Under the pieces are notes generated by a model. That model was not told where the DNA came from, ran no database searches, and worked only from the letters and a program-made list of their open reading frames with translations. Positions 1 to 10,562 of a stretch of 64,000 nucleotides of DNA are shown here, one piece after another. The stretch's first letter is position 1, and the number at the start of each line of letters is the position of its first letter. The stretch is taken from NCBI GenBank assembly GCA_964372145.1, contig CAYJPM010000002.1:364-64363 (forward strand). Direction: 5' to 3'. The translations under genes and the position numbers were made by a program. Source of the stretch: an uncultured Muribaculaceae bacterium. GTDB lineage: Bacteria; Bacillota_I; Bacilli_A; RF39; UBA660.

Positions 1-339
1 TGTTTCTCCACCTGGTTGTTTAAAATTAAAATCATGTTCTTGCATATAACTAAGCATTTTTATACTTTGTCTTTTTAAATCTCCAACTTTGCAATCATTA
101 AATTCATCTGTTATTAAAATATCTACATTATTTTTTTCAGATAAATATTTCGCAGTTTCCAAACATGATACATATGTTGATGAGTATATTGCTGAAACAT
201 TTTTAAGTTTAATCTTAACAGATTTTTTTACTCCATCTATACTCAGTGGCCTGATTTCTTTTTTCTTTTCTAAATCTAAATCCCTATCAAATATAATATT
301 ATTTGATAGTAAATTGTTACATATTAAATATATAGTCAT
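1..339 (-). CDS. histidine-phosphatase (phosphoglycerate-mutase-like) family protein, N-terminal part; 3' end lies beyond window start
   Basis: Minus-frame ORF with ATG at 337-339, overlapping the rmuC stop as TAATG, open to position 1. Translation MTIYLICNN...KQPGGET contains the GGE[ST] motif typical of the histidine phosphatase fold. Confidence 0.4.
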   Translation of the reverse strand, partial: MTIYLICNNLLSNNIIFDRDLDLEKKKEIRPLSIDGVKKSVKIKLKNVSAIYSSTYVSCLETAKYLSEKNNVDILITDEFNDCKVGDLKRQSIKMLSYMQEHDFNFKQPGGET

Positions 340-1427
340 TATTTATCTCCAATCAATAGTGTTTCTTCTTTAGATAAAATATCTAAATCTACCTGATTTA
401 TCGAATCAAATCTTTTTGATATTTTATCACTAGTTATTTGTAAATCATCTATACTAGAATTTACATTTTTTACGTTTTTAGCAAATTTTTCCCATCTATC
501 TTTATATCTACCGAACTCAATAGAAAGTTTATTTAGTTCTTCATGAATTACTTTAGCATATTTATCTCTTTCCATATTTTTTATGATCATGCTTATAATT
601 GACAATGTACTAATTAATGTAGTTGGACCAGTAATCCAAACTTTTTTGGAATATGCATATTGAAGTATTTCTGGGTGATATGCATTTATTTCTGCAAATA
701 TTGCTTCTGCTGGTAAGAACATTATTGCCTCATCGCTTGTTTCTCCTGCTATAATATATTTAGTAGCTATATCATTTATATGTTTTTTAACATCCATAAC
801 AAATATTTTTTCTGCTGCATTTCTTGCTTCTTTACTTCTATTTTTATCTGTCATTTTTTGATAACTTTCTAATGGAAATTTACTATCAATAGCTATTGTA
901 CCAAGCGGAGCTGGAGCATATAATAGAGCATCCACTATATTACCATTTGGAAATTTATGTTGTGTATCATATATTCCCATCTTTTTACCACCAAAGGCGT
1001 TATTTAATATATATTCTAAATTAACTTCACCAAATGTTCCTCTAGTCTTTTTATCTGTTAAAACACTTTGTAATGATACTATTTCAGATGATAAATCATC
1101 TATTTTCTTTTGAGCTTCATCTATTCTTGTTAATCTTTCTAAAACAGATGCAAAAGTTTTATTGCTTTTCTCAAAATTTTTATCTAATCTATCATTTACT
1201 CTATCATTAATATTAGTTAAACTTTTAATAATACTGTTATTTAATTTTTCAAAGTCATTACTTAATTCTTTACTAAAAGTGAATTTAAATTCACCTATTT
1301 CTTTATTTATTCTTCCTTCAAAGTTTCCTAATCTTTCTAATAAATCATTATTATTGTTTTTTCTTGCTAGTAATATTATTATTAATATTATTATTATTGT
1401 TAATAAACCTATGATTATGTATTCCAT
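339..1427 (-). CDS. rmuC: DNA recombination protein RmuC
   Basis: 362 aa with N-terminal TM, long coiled coil and C-terminal RmuC-type region (FLPAEAIFAE...VWITGPTTLISTL). Confidence 0.75.
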   Translation of the reverse strand: MEYIIIGLLTIIIILIIILLARKNNNNDLLERLGNFEGRINKEIGEFKFTFSKELSNDFEKLNNSIIKSLTNINDRVNDRLDKNFEKSNKTFASVLERLTRIDEAQKKIDDLSSEIVSLQSVLTDKKTRGTFGEVNLEYILNNAFGGKKMGIYDTQHKFPNGNIVDALLYAPAPLGTIAIDSKFPLESYQKMTDKNRSKEARNAAEKIFVMDVKKHINDIATKYIIAGETSDEAIMFLPAEAIFAEINAYHPEILQYAYSKKVWITGPTTLISTLSIISMIIKNMERDKYAKVIHEELNKLSIEFGRYKDRWEKFAKNVKNVNSSIDDLQITSDKISKRFDSINQVDLDILSKEETLLIGDK

Positions 1428-1550
1428 TTTACACCTCTATGCTTCCATTATTATATCATTTATCATATTTAATGTAAATTAAGAAAATTACTACATTACA
1501 CTTGTATTATAGTGTCTTTTATGTTACAATACATCCACCGGAGGGCTTGT

Positions 1551-1832
1551 ATGAAAAAAGTAGTAGATGAAAATGACAAGTTTTATGTATTGGAGCATGA
1601 ATTTAGAACTAATTTAAAAAAAACCAGAAAACTAAATGGATATACACAAGATAAACTTTCTAAAAAATGTGGTATTATAAGAGAAACTATAGCTAGAATA
1701 GAGTCCGGAATTGTATCACCACAACTTAATACATTAATTAAAATTTTAGAACCAATTGGTTATACTATAGATATAAAAAAAATAGAACCTGAAGAAGTTG
1801 AAGAAGAAACAAAAAAAGAATCAATTAAATAA
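1551..1832 (+). CDS. XRE-family helix-turn-helix transcriptional regulator
   Basis: HTH segment LNGYTQDKLSKKCGIIRETIARIESG. GGAGGG RBS precedes the ATG at 1551. Acidic C-terminal tail. Confidence 0.6.
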   Translation: MKKVVDENDKFYVLEHEFRTNLKKTRKLNGYTQDKLSKKCGIIRETIARIESGIVSPQLNTLIKILEPIGYTIDIKKIEPEEVEEETKKESIK

Positions 1833-1843
1833 TTGGTTCTTTT

Positions 1844-3658
1844 TTATTTGAAGTATACATCATACCATTTTAGAAAACAATATATATTCCATATTTTTTT
1901 GTAATTATCTTTTTTATCATTTTTGTGGTCTTCCAACATTTTATTTATTATTTTATTATTAAAATATTTCTTAGATATATCACTATTGAATGATGCTTTT
2001 ATTTCTTCGTATAAATCATCTTCTTTCATCCAATCTCTTATTGGAACAGGAAATCCTAATTTTTTCTTTTTGTAAGATTCATTTGGTATAACTTTTTTAG
2101 CTGCATCTCTTAATGCAACTTTAGTATTTTCTTTTGTTACCTTATATTCTATTGGTAAACTAGATGCTAGAGAGAATACTTCTTTATCTATAAAAGGAAC
2201 TCTACCTTCTATTGAAGATGCCATAGTCATTCTATCAGCTTTTAATAATATATCTTTCATTAACCAAAAATGGATATCTATAGCTTGCATTTTAACTAAG
2301 TCACTTTCATTTTTATATTCTTTATATACCTCTTTAGTTACCATTTGTGCATTTAAGTTATATTTTTTATTTAATATTTTATTAGCCATTTTACTAGAAA
2401 AATTTCTATTTACTCCTATATAACTATCTTCTAATTTTTCTCCTCTTCTTATTAAAAAATTAATACCTTTAACTTCTGGTAAAAGTTTACATAATTTTGC
2501 TATAAAATTTCTTATTAAAAATGGAATTTTATTATAGAAGCCCATATCGACGTCTTTTCGATAAATATTATATCCACCGAAAAATTCATCTGCTCCTTCT
2601 CCTGATAAAACTACTTTTAAATCTTTACTAGCTAGATTTGCAACAAAATACAATGCAACTGCTGCAGGGTCTGATGTTGGTTCATCTAAATGATACATTA
2701 TTTTTGGAATTATATTTATATATTCTTCTTTTGTAATAATTTTAGAATTGTTATTTATATTAAGTTTTTTTGCTAAATCCTCTGCTAACTCTATTTCATT
2801 ATATTTAGGAATATCGTATCCAACTGTATATGTTTTATCTGGTTTTGCAAGAGATACAATATATGATGAATCTATTCCACTTGATAAGAAAGATCCTACT
2901 TCTACATCAGCTAACAAATGTTTATCAACAGAATTTGCCATAACTTTTTCTATGTCACTTACTGTTGTATCATAATCATTTTTTATTTCTTCAAACATTG
3001 GTTTAAAATATCTTTCAATATTTATTTTATTATCTTTAAATAATAAACTATGACCAGCATCTAATCTGAAAACATTTTTAAAGAATGTTTCATTAGTCGG
3101 AACGAAACTGAATTCTAAATATACTTTTAATATTTCTTCATTAAATTCTTTTTCAAATTTATCATGTTCAAGTAATGATTTTATTTCAGATGCAAACATC
3201 AATGTATCATTCATGTGTGCGTAGTATAATGGTTTAATACCAAAGTTATCTCTTGCTAAAAATAATTCGTTATTTTTTATATCATATATAGCAAAAGCAA
3301 ACATACCTCTTAATTTTTTAGGTAAATCAGTTTTCCACTCTTCATAACCATGTACTAAAACTTCAGTATCACTTTTAGTTTTGAATTTGTGCCCTTTAGC
3401 TATTAACTCTTCTTTTAATTCTAGATAATTATATATTTCTCCATTAAATATAGTTACTATTTTATTATCTTCATTAAACATTGGTTGGTTTCCTGATGAT
3501 AAATCTATAATTGATAATCTTCGATGTGCTAGTGCTACAAAATCATTTGTATAAATACCTTCTCCATCAGGTCCTCTATGCTTTATTACATCAGACATTT
3601 TTTTTAAATTTTTTTCTTTGTCTAAATCATTATTTACGAATCCTACTATTCCGCACAT
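1844..3658 (-). CDS. asnB: asparagine synthase (glutamine-hydrolysing)
   Basis: N-terminal MCGIVGF Ntn-amidotransferase start, SGGIDSS PP-loop, 604 aa. Confidence 0.9.
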   Translation of the reverse strand: MCGIVGFVNNDLDKEKNLKKMSDVIKHRGPDGEGIYTNDFVALAHRRLSIIDLSSGNQPMFNEDNKIVTIFNGEIYNYLELKEELIAKGHKFKTKSDTEVLVHGYEEWKTDLPKKLRGMFAFAIYDIKNNELFLARDNFGIKPLYYAHMNDTLMFASEIKSLLEHDKFEKEFNEEILKVYLEFSFVPTNETFFKNVFRLDAGHSLLFKDNKINIERYFKPMFEEIKNDYDTTVSDIEKVMANSVDKHLLADVEVGSFLSSGIDSSYIVSLAKPDKTYTVGYDIPKYNEIELAEDLAKKLNINNNSKIITKEEYINIIPKIMYHLDEPTSDPAAVALYFVANLASKDLKVVLSGEGADEFFGGYNIYRKDVDMGFYNKIPFLIRNFIAKLCKLLPEVKGINFLIRRGEKLEDSYIGVNRNFSSKMANKILNKKYNLNAQMVTKEVYKEYKNESDLVKMQAIDIHFWLMKDILLKADRMTMASSIEGRVPFIDKEVFSLASSLPIEYKVTKENTKVALRDAAKKVIPNESYKKKKLGFPVPIRDWMKEDDLYEEIKASFNSDISKKYFNNKIINKMLEDHKNDKKDNYKKIWNIYCFLKWYDVYFK

Positions 3659-3661
3659 ATT

Positions 3662-5590
3662 TTACTCCTTTATATTTAGTATGTCATAATAATTATTATT
3701 AATTATTAAACTACTTAAATTAGTTCTTGTTTTTACCAAATTATTCATATCTTCTACATAATTATCAGGAAGTATAACATTTTCTTTTTGTACAAATGAA
3801 TTTGAACTAGCAAAATAATATCCATAGTCTGATACCCATGATGAATTATTAAATATTGCTAAACCAGGTTCTGTACTTAATATATCTTTTCCTGTCATTA
3901 ATCTTGAATCATAATCAATTCCAAATAAGTTATATACTGTAGGCAATATATCTGTTGTATTACCTACTTTTTCTATTTTTTCACTTTCCATTTCACTATT
4001 CCAAATTATTAAATTACTTCGATCTACTTCAATTAAACTATCTTTTTCATAATCTGAGGCTTCGTTAATTTCATCTATAGATAAGTAGTATGGATGATGA
4101 TCACTAGCTAATACAATTACTGTATCTTCTAATTTATTATTTAGTTCTAAATTTTTTATAAGTGATTCTACTGCTCTGTCCAATTCTATTTGAGCTGCTA
4201 AATATCCTGTAGTTTTATTACTATATCCATCTTCAACTAAATCAACATATTTTTTTGATATAGCTCCTGATGTTGAATAATCACCATGCCCACTTACAGA
4301 TACATAATATGTCATGAATTTTTCATCGCTTACGTATTCATCGATGGTGTTTTCCATCATTTCAATATCACTTTGAATCCATGTACAATTTATAAGATCT
4401 TCTAATCCATTACCACATGCTTTGTAATTATCAAATCCCATATCTTTTAAATAATTGTTTCTATTTTGGAATGAATATGTATTATTATGATAAGCATATG
4501 TTGTATACCCTTCATTTTCAAACATATCTGCTAAACCAAATGGATAAGTTTCTCCTGATTTTTTAAATTCAGTTACGAATCCTGATGATGGATATAAACC
4601 TGTTAACATTTGGAATTCTCCACCTATTGTACTATATATTGTTGGAGAATAAAAATTTTCAAAATTGAAACCTTCATTTACTAATTTATATAATGTTGGA
4701 GTTCTATCTTTATCTAATGCGATTTCATTATAGCTTTCTGCCATTATAAATATCAAATTTTTATCTTCAAACATTTTTGTATATTCATTTTGTTTTGTAC
4801 CTAAATCTAATTTAAAATAATCATTAAGTAAATTTACATTACTATTTGATGATGTCATACTGTCAAAATCAATATCTAAAGTGTTATATTCATATTCTAC
4901 TAATAAATCATCTGGATCTATTATTGTAGAACCTGGAGTTTTATTAGGTGTAAGAGTAACTTCAGCTTCATAATCAAAAATAGTCTTTATTAAATCTTGA
5001 TGTAAAAAATTTGTTACTCCAAATTTTTTCATTGATAAGCCATTATCTCTCATTTCATAATATAATTCATATGATGATAAATTATCTTCTTTATCTATAA
5101 GTAGTGATAAATTAAATATCATAAAAGATATTATTATACCTACTATTGTAAATACTCTAATATTAAAATTAAATTTTTCTACTTTTATTTTTTTTCTAAA
5201 TATAATCACTAATATTAATGGAACAAAAAATAACAATATATATACTAAATTATTCCAAATATGTATCATTATATCACCAGTAAAATCTAATAATTGTCCA
5301 GATGCACCTAAAATACTAAAAGTAAAAAAAGATTTAAACATCTTGTAAATACAAAATTGAAATGCGAACCAAACACTTGTAACTCCTGTTATAATATATA
5401 GTAAAGTTTTGTTTTGTTTTTCATTTAAACCTGAACTTATTAAATATATAATTAAACTAATAAATATTGTATAAATAATTATATTTATAGTTGATACATC
5501 TAAAAAATCTTGAAAAATAAGACTTTTAAATAAAAATTCTTGAAATAATAACATTATAATATATATATAAATAAGACTAATTTTCTTCAT
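3662..5590 (-). CDS. LTA synthase family protein (membrane sulfatase/phosphoglycerol transferase)
   Basis: Multi-TM N-terminus followed by an extracellular sulfatase-like domain (VIVLASDHHPYY, GYTTYAYHNN). Confidence 0.7.
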   Translation of the reverse strand: MKKISLIYIYIIMLLFQEFLFKSLIFQDFLDVSTINIIIYTIFISLIIYLISSGLNEKQNKTLLYIITGVTSVWFAFQFCIYKMFKSFFTFSILGASGQLLDFTGDIMIHIWNNLVYILLFFVPLILVIIFRKKIKVEKFNFNIRVFTIVGIIISFMIFNLSLLIDKEDNLSSYELYYEMRDNGLSMKKFGVTNFLHQDLIKTIFDYEAEVTLTPNKTPGSTIIDPDDLLVEYEYNTLDIDFDSMTSSNSNVNLLNDYFKLDLGTKQNEYTKMFEDKNLIFIMAESYNEIALDKDRTPTLYKLVNEGFNFENFYSPTIYSTIGGEFQMLTGLYPSSGFVTEFKKSGETYPFGLADMFENEGYTTYAYHNNTYSFQNRNNYLKDMGFDNYKACGNGLEDLINCTWIQSDIEMMENTIDEYVSDEKFMTYYVSVSGHGDYSTSGAISKKYVDLVEDGYSNKTTGYLAAQIELDRAVESLIKNLELNNKLEDTVIVLASDHHPYYLSIDEINEASDYEKDSLIEVDRSNLIIWNSEMESEKIEKVGNTTDILPTVYNLFGIDYDSRLMTGKDILSTEPGLAIFNNSSWVSDYGYYFASSNSFVQKENVILPDNYVEDMNNLVKTRTNLSSLIINNNYYDILNIKE

Positions 5591-5627
5591 AGTTTCACCT
5601 TAATTATTATATCATAATTATCATAAT

Positions 5628-5655
5628 AAAAGAAGTAGGCACCTACTTCTTTTTG
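5628..5655 (-). terminator. rho-independent terminator downstream of yihY-like gene
   Basis: Hairpin gaagtagg-ca-cctacttc flanked by A/T runs, 100 nt downstream of the minus-strand gene. Confidence 0.4.
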
Positions 5656-5753
5656 AAATATTACTCCTCAATAATATTTGATCAATCTTCAAAATTTTAT
5701 TAAGAAAAAAATGTACTAAGTAATACTCGTTGTACATTTATATTATAAGTAAA

Positions 5754-6596
5754 TTACTTTTTTTCATTCACTATTTTTTCTGTTTCGTTTTCCTCTTTAT
5801 GGTAATTTAAAGCTAGTCCTATCGTAAATATAAATGCTAAAATATAAAACCATAACATTAATACTATTAAACTTGTTAAATTGCCATATAATGCATCATA
5901 GTTAGCATAATTATTTATATATATTGAATATATAAATGTTACTAATATCCAACATATTGTAGTAAATAATGCACCAAAATTAACTGAGCTACTATCTATT
6001 TTTTTATCTGGAGCCATAGTATATATTAATTTTATAAATAAGAATAATATACACCATAATATCGGGCCTTGTAGCAATCTTATAATTTCCACTATTTGTT
6101 CTGTAACATTTTGATTCATATTAACATATTCTATTAATCCAATTATATTATCTCCAAACATTGGAATTAATAACATGAATATAAATAAGAATATTAGTAT
6201 TAATATCATAATAGCAGATTTTAATTTACGCTTAAAATAACCACTGTTTTTTATTCCATATATTGTATTAGATGCCACTATTATTGATGAAATACCGTTG
6301 CTTGCTATATAGTATGCAGCAATAATGATTACAATCATAGAAAGTGATGTTTCACTAGCATCAAATCCAGTTGATAAAATTAATTCAGCTAAACTCGGAG
6401 AAAATGCTGTTGCTAAAAAATTGTATATTACGTCGGTTGATAAATTCAAAAGTGCAGCCCCTATTGTAACTAATGTTAATGTAGGGACTATTGCTAATAC
6501 AAAAAAATATGCAAGTTGACCAGGTAAAATCATCATTTCCGGTTTTGTGACTACTTTTATGAAATTTTTATAAAACCTTTTTATTCTTTTTTTCAT
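5754..6596 (-). CDS. YihY/BrkB family membrane protein
   Basis: Polytopic membrane protein of 280 aa starting MKKRIKRFYKNF, with family-typical length and hydropathy. Confidence 0.65.
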   Translation of the reverse strand: MKKRIKRFYKNFIKVVTKPEMMILPGQLAYFFVLAIVPTLTLVTIGAALLNLSTDVIYNFLATAFSPSLAELILSTGFDASETSLSMIVIIIAAYYIASNGISSIIVASNTIYGIKNSGYFKRKLKSAIMILILIFLFIFMLLIPMFGDNIIGLIEYVNMNQNVTEQIVEIIRLLQGPILWCILFLFIKLIYTMAPDKKIDSSSVNFGALFTTICWILVTFIYSIYINNYANYDALYGNLTSLIVLMLWFYILAFIFTIGLALNYHKEENETEKIVNEKK

Positions 6597-6780
6597 ATTC
6601 TCACTTATTTTTCTTCTCTGCCATATCAATTGCTGCTTCGTTTAAACTATCTTCTATGGTTTTCAAGTCATCTAATATCATACTGTAACCAAATTTTGCA
6701 CCTTTGTCGTATGGTAATTTTTCTAATTCTTTGTTTAGTTTATGAATATAATTAGTTATTTGTTTTTGATTATATCCTAT

Positions 6781-8622
6781 TTAATATATAACAAATTCAT
6801 TACCGTCAGTTCTCATTATCTCACTATTATCTAGCTGAGTTTTTATAAGAGCATTAGCAAATGATTTTATTTGTCTATCACCTTCATTGTAACCATGGTG
6901 ATCGTTTATTTCTTGTACTTTGTTTAAATTTACTAGTATTGTTGTTTGAGGATATATTGTATTATTATCCCATTTTTCAATACATTCATTTAAGTAATTT
7001 CTATTTTTTAAAGATGTTAACTGATCAATAAATTTCAATTTATCATCTCTTTTTATTTTTTTAGCTATTTGAATTTTTTTAGTTTTTCTTACTATTATGT
7101 AAAGTATAACTGTTATTACTATTGCTAATACTATAATATATCTTGTTATAATACTCCATAATTGACCAGCATAGTAAGTTTCATAAAAGTTATTTAATCC
7201 AACATTTGAAATTCTATCTAAATCAGTAACTTTTATAAAATAATTTAATAACATATATAATGTCTCATTGTTATTAATTTTATATGTCATTTCTATGTTT
7301 GTAAAGTCTGTATATCTTTCAGTATAATTATCTAATTCTAATTTATTGTATGTAGCATACGTAAATTTATCTACTATAATTATTACATCTTCTCTATTTA
7401 ATTTAAATAATTCTTTTTCAGACTCATAAGTTTTTATGTTAATACTTCCTATTTTATTGATATAATCATGTAATTTTGAATTATTTTCAACATATACTGT
7501 TTTACCTACTAAAGAATTTAAAGAATTAATAACAACATCATTATCAATGTTAGCAATTACGCTATATTCAATTAATGAACCAAATTCTATGGCATTTAAA
7601 TTATTGTTATATATGTATTTATCTAAATATATATCTACATTATTATCTTCAATTGAATTTATGAAATCTTTGTGACTATCATATTTTTCAAATTCAAATT
7701 CAACATTTGCAAAATTACTAAAATAACTTAATGTAACTGCAGATATACCACCGAATTCTCCAGATTGAATAATTTCATATGGACCATTTTCTAGAAAACC
7801 ATATTTATATATATTTCCAGTTAATGTTGCTATATCTGTTTGAGTGATATTTAAATTGTCAGTAAATAAGTTAAACTGATTAGTATTATATGAATCATTA
7901 AATTTATCTATCCAAACTGAGTTATAGTATTTTTCTAATACTGATGAGAAATAAGAATCATCACTATTTAATACATAGTAATAATTTATATTACTCATAT
8001 GAAAATTAACATAGTATGAGTTATTTAGAAGTAAATCCATATATAAATTAAGTGGTACTACAGCATAATTTATTTCAGTTCCTAAAGCAGTAATTAAGTC
8101 AGTTTCACTTTCATAACTATTTAAGGTTGTATTTTCTAAATCTTTTTTCGTACTTAGATACGATAAATCATTTTTTATTACCCCTATTGTTTTATTATCA
8201 ATTTCTTCATATGAATTTATTGTAACATCATTTTTACTTATCAGTACGTAGTGATCTTCATATATTATAAGGTCATTTTCATCAATTGTATGAGCAACAT
8301 TTAAGGAAAGTCCTTCTTTTTCTGTTCCATATTCAAAAGTTATAGGATTTATAGTTAAACCATAGTTCAATGCGAAATCATTTATGAAATCATAATACAC
8401 ACCTTCACCATTTTGACCAAATATATTAGAATTATTTACTACATTTATGTTTAATGTTGAATTAATATTTTCATCAATCCAATTTCTTTCTTCAACTGTT
8501 AATGCATTTTCATCATTTAGAAATAAAAATAAATATATTCCACCTATTATTAAAATAATTAATATAACAATACTTATTATTATTTTTTTGATATTTTTTG
8601 ATATAAATTTCATACTACTCAC
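6781..8622 (-). CDS. membrane-anchored sensor protein with large extracytoplasmic domain and C-terminal degenerate GGDEF domain; ORF ends at an in-frame TAA and the domain continues in frame to 6601
   Basis: N-terminal TM and a roughly 480-aa Asn/Tyr-rich periplasmic region, a second TM, then LTSLKNRNYL...HHGYNEGDRQIK...RTDGNEFVIY. Immediately after the TAA the same frame reads IGYNQKQITNY...GYSMILDD...EAAIDMAEKKNK, the remainder of a GGDEF fold. Confidence 0.6.
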   Translation of the reverse strand: MSSMKFISKNIKKIIISIVILIILIIGGIYLFLFLNDENALTVEERNWIDENINSTLNINVVNNSNIFGQNGEGVYYDFINDFALNYGLTINPITFEYGTEKEGLSLNVAHTIDENDLIIYEDHYVLISKNDVTINSYEEIDNKTIGVIKNDLSYLSTKKDLENTTLNSYESETDLITALGTEINYAVVPLNLYMDLLLNNSYYVNFHMSNINYYYVLNSDDSYFSSVLEKYYNSVWIDKFNDSYNTNQFNLFTDNLNITQTDIATLTGNIYKYGFLENGPYEIIQSGEFGGISAVTLSYFSNFANVEFEFEKYDSHKDFINSIEDNNVDIYLDKYIYNNNLNAIEFGSLIEYSVIANIDNDVVINSLNSLVGKTVYVENNSKLHDYINKIGSINIKTYESEKELFKLNREDVIIIVDKFTYATYNKLELDNYTERYTDFTNIEMTYKINNNETLYMLLNYFIKVTDLDRISNVGLNNFYETYYAGQLWSIITRYIIVLAIVITVILYIIVRKTKKIQIAKKIKRDDKLKFIDQLTSLKNRNYLNECIEKWDNNTIYPQTTILVNLNKVQEINDHHGYNEGDRQIKSFANALIKTQLDNSEIMRTDGNEFVIY

Positions 8623-9112
8623 CTTCTTCGTCTATTTCAACTTTTGTATCATTTCCCCAAGTAATTGTATTAGCTACTACATTTCTAGCTCCCATTATAA
8701 GGAATCCTTCACTATTCTCACTTGCCTCTGATTCAATAGTAATATTCAAATCATAATATTCTAGCATTCTAGCATCTATTGCTTCTATAGAGGATGTTAT
8801 TATACTTTGAGCTTCAACTAATGATGTATCTTTTTCAAATTCAACAGATATGTATAGTATTCTTCCTTTTATATGTAATTCAGAAGATTTAACTAATTCT
8901 GATTCTTCTACTTTATCAATATAACTTTTTTCCATTTCATCTGTAAATGTGTAATTATCTTGATTTTCTAATCTATCTCCGTATACAGAACTACTTCCAC
9001 CAAAGAAGTACGTTGCTGCTACGAAGCAAATTGCTATAAAACATAATATTAATATTATAAATAGCACTACCATTATTTTGTTATTTATCCAAAGTTCTTT
9101 TATCTTTTTCAA
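8615..9112 (-). CDS. hypothetical membrane-anchored protein
   Basis: 165 aa with one N-terminal TM helix; start overlaps the GGDEF gene by 8 nt, suggesting an operon. Confidence 0.45.
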   Translation of the reverse strand: MKKIKELWINNKIMVVLFIILILCFIAICFVAATYFFGGSSSVYGDRLENQDNYTFTDEMEKSYIDKVEESELVKSSELHIKGRILYISVEFEKDTSLVEAQSIITSSIEAIDARMLEYYDLNITIESEASENSEGFLIMGARNVVANTITWGNDTKVEIDEEGE

Positions 9113-9181
9113 TTTTTTTCACCTATCCTAATTATACTATAATAATTAAATTCTTTCAATTAAAATAAATAGCTGTGCTAT

Positions 9182-10129
9182 TTATTCTTCAATACTTTTA
9201 ACTATTTCAGTACTAAGCCATGTATAATTTTCTTCTGATTGTATTAAGAATGTATGTTTATACAATTTTAATTTACTTGAGTACATATTAATAAATGCAT
9301 CATTGTAATTAGTACCTTCATAATTTATTTTTACGTTATTTATAACATATTGAACCATATCTGGGGTATTACTTACATTTTCTATTTCTAAAATGTTATT
9401 TTCATCACTAAAATTATTAATAAAAGCTGCAGTCTCATATATATAAATATACTCTTCATTTAATTTAACAGTTTCTATTTTTGATAATTTTTGGTAATTT
9501 TCTAAATTATTTATATTTTCTGTACAAAAATAATATTCATTATATATATCACATCTGTTACTTTGATTACCGTTAAATGTAAAGTTACTTTTATCAATCA
9601 TTACACTACTACCATAATATGATTTAGCTAATAGTTCCATGTCATTAACTAATATAGCAAAACAATGAGTTGTGTTAACATCACTACAATTTAATTCACT
9701 AAATTCAATAAAATCTGGAGTAGTTAATTTGTTATATCCGTCAGTATTTGTTATTTCATTAACCATATAACTATTAATTAAATCTTTACTCAATAAACCA
9801 TACGTCATTTTATTTGATGAATATGCACTGTTAACATTAAAAATATAAGGTATTTTATTCAAGTTTTCATTTGCTATATTAATTAAATTTATAGTTTCAT
9901 CATTTATTTCTTCTTCAGCCTGTTCGTAGGGTACTAAAAAAACATAATATAATGTATATCCTCCGGCATATATAATTAATATTCCCATAATAATTGTAAC
10001 TATTATATTTAACATTTTATTTTCTTTTTTAGTTTTTATCGCACTAGATATTGAGTCTTTGTTAACTTCATTTAATATACTTGATGTATCTGCTAAATCT
10101 ATATCGATTTGTTTATTTTCTTCATTCAT
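9182..10129 (-). CDS. hypothetical membrane-anchored protein
   Basis: 315 aa with a TM at residues 40-65 and an Asn-rich extracytoplasmic domain containing several Cys. Confidence 0.45.
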   Translation of the reverse strand: MNEENKQIDIDLADTSSILNEVNKDSISSAIKTKKENKMLNIIVTIIMGILIIYAGGYTLYYVFLVPYEQAEEEINDETINLINIANENLNKIPYIFNVNSAYSSNKMTYGLLSKDLINSYMVNEITNTDGYNKLTTPDFIEFSELNCSDVNTTHCFAILVNDMELLAKSYYGSSVMIDKSNFTFNGNQSNRCDIYNEYYFCTENINNLENYQKLSKIETVKLNEEYIYIYETAAFINNFSDENNILEIENVSNTPDMVQYVINNVKINYEGTNYNDAFINMYSSKLKLYKHTFLIQSEENYTWLSTEIVKSIEE

Positions 10130-10164
10130 AACTATGTCACCCTATTCTTATAGTTTTATTTTAT

Positions 10165-10206
10165 CATATATTAAAAAAAATAACACTATATTTATTTATA
10201 TTGTGT
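10165..10206 (-). terminator. rho-independent terminator after spoVA operon
   Basis: aaaataacac/gtgttatttt stem followed on the minus strand by an 8-nt U-tract. Confidence 0.55.
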
Positions 10207-10211
10207 TATTT

Positions 10212-10562
10212 TTAACTTTTAGGTTTAAAAAATAGGCTTAATAGAAATGCAAATACTATTGCTCCCACTATTACTGCGGAAGACTTTGAAAAAAATTCTG
10301 TAAATATGCCGAGTATTCCACTAGATTTATATCCATCTAATCCTGCTTGATATAGTAAATTACCAAAATTTGATATTAATACAGTTGCCCCTGCTCCACA
10401 TTTTTCTATTAATTTAGGATATATATTGAAATATGATAATAAGGATCCAACTACTACAAATAATGATGTTATATGTCCTGGTGTTAATTTTGTGTTATCT
10501 ATAATTATTTGTCCAATTGCACATACAAAACCTGCTAATAAAAATGCATTTATATAAATCAT
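10212..10562 (-). CDS. spoVAE: stage V sporulation protein AE (SpoVAEb)
   Basis: 116-aa membrane protein, the size and composition of SpoVAEb; last gene of a spoVAC-AD-AE trio. Confidence 0.75.
   Translation of the reverse strand: MIYINAFLLAGFVCAIGQIIIDNTKLTPGHITSLFVVVGSLLSYFNIYPKLIEKCGAGATVLISNFGNLLYQAGLDGYKSSGILGIFTEFFSKSSAVIVGAIVFAFLLSLFFKPKS

Noticed and set aside
89-373. 94-aa plus-strand ORF
   Set aside because: Lies antisense to the partial histidine-phosphatase gene and overlaps the rmuC 3' end; low-complexity translation; no RBS.
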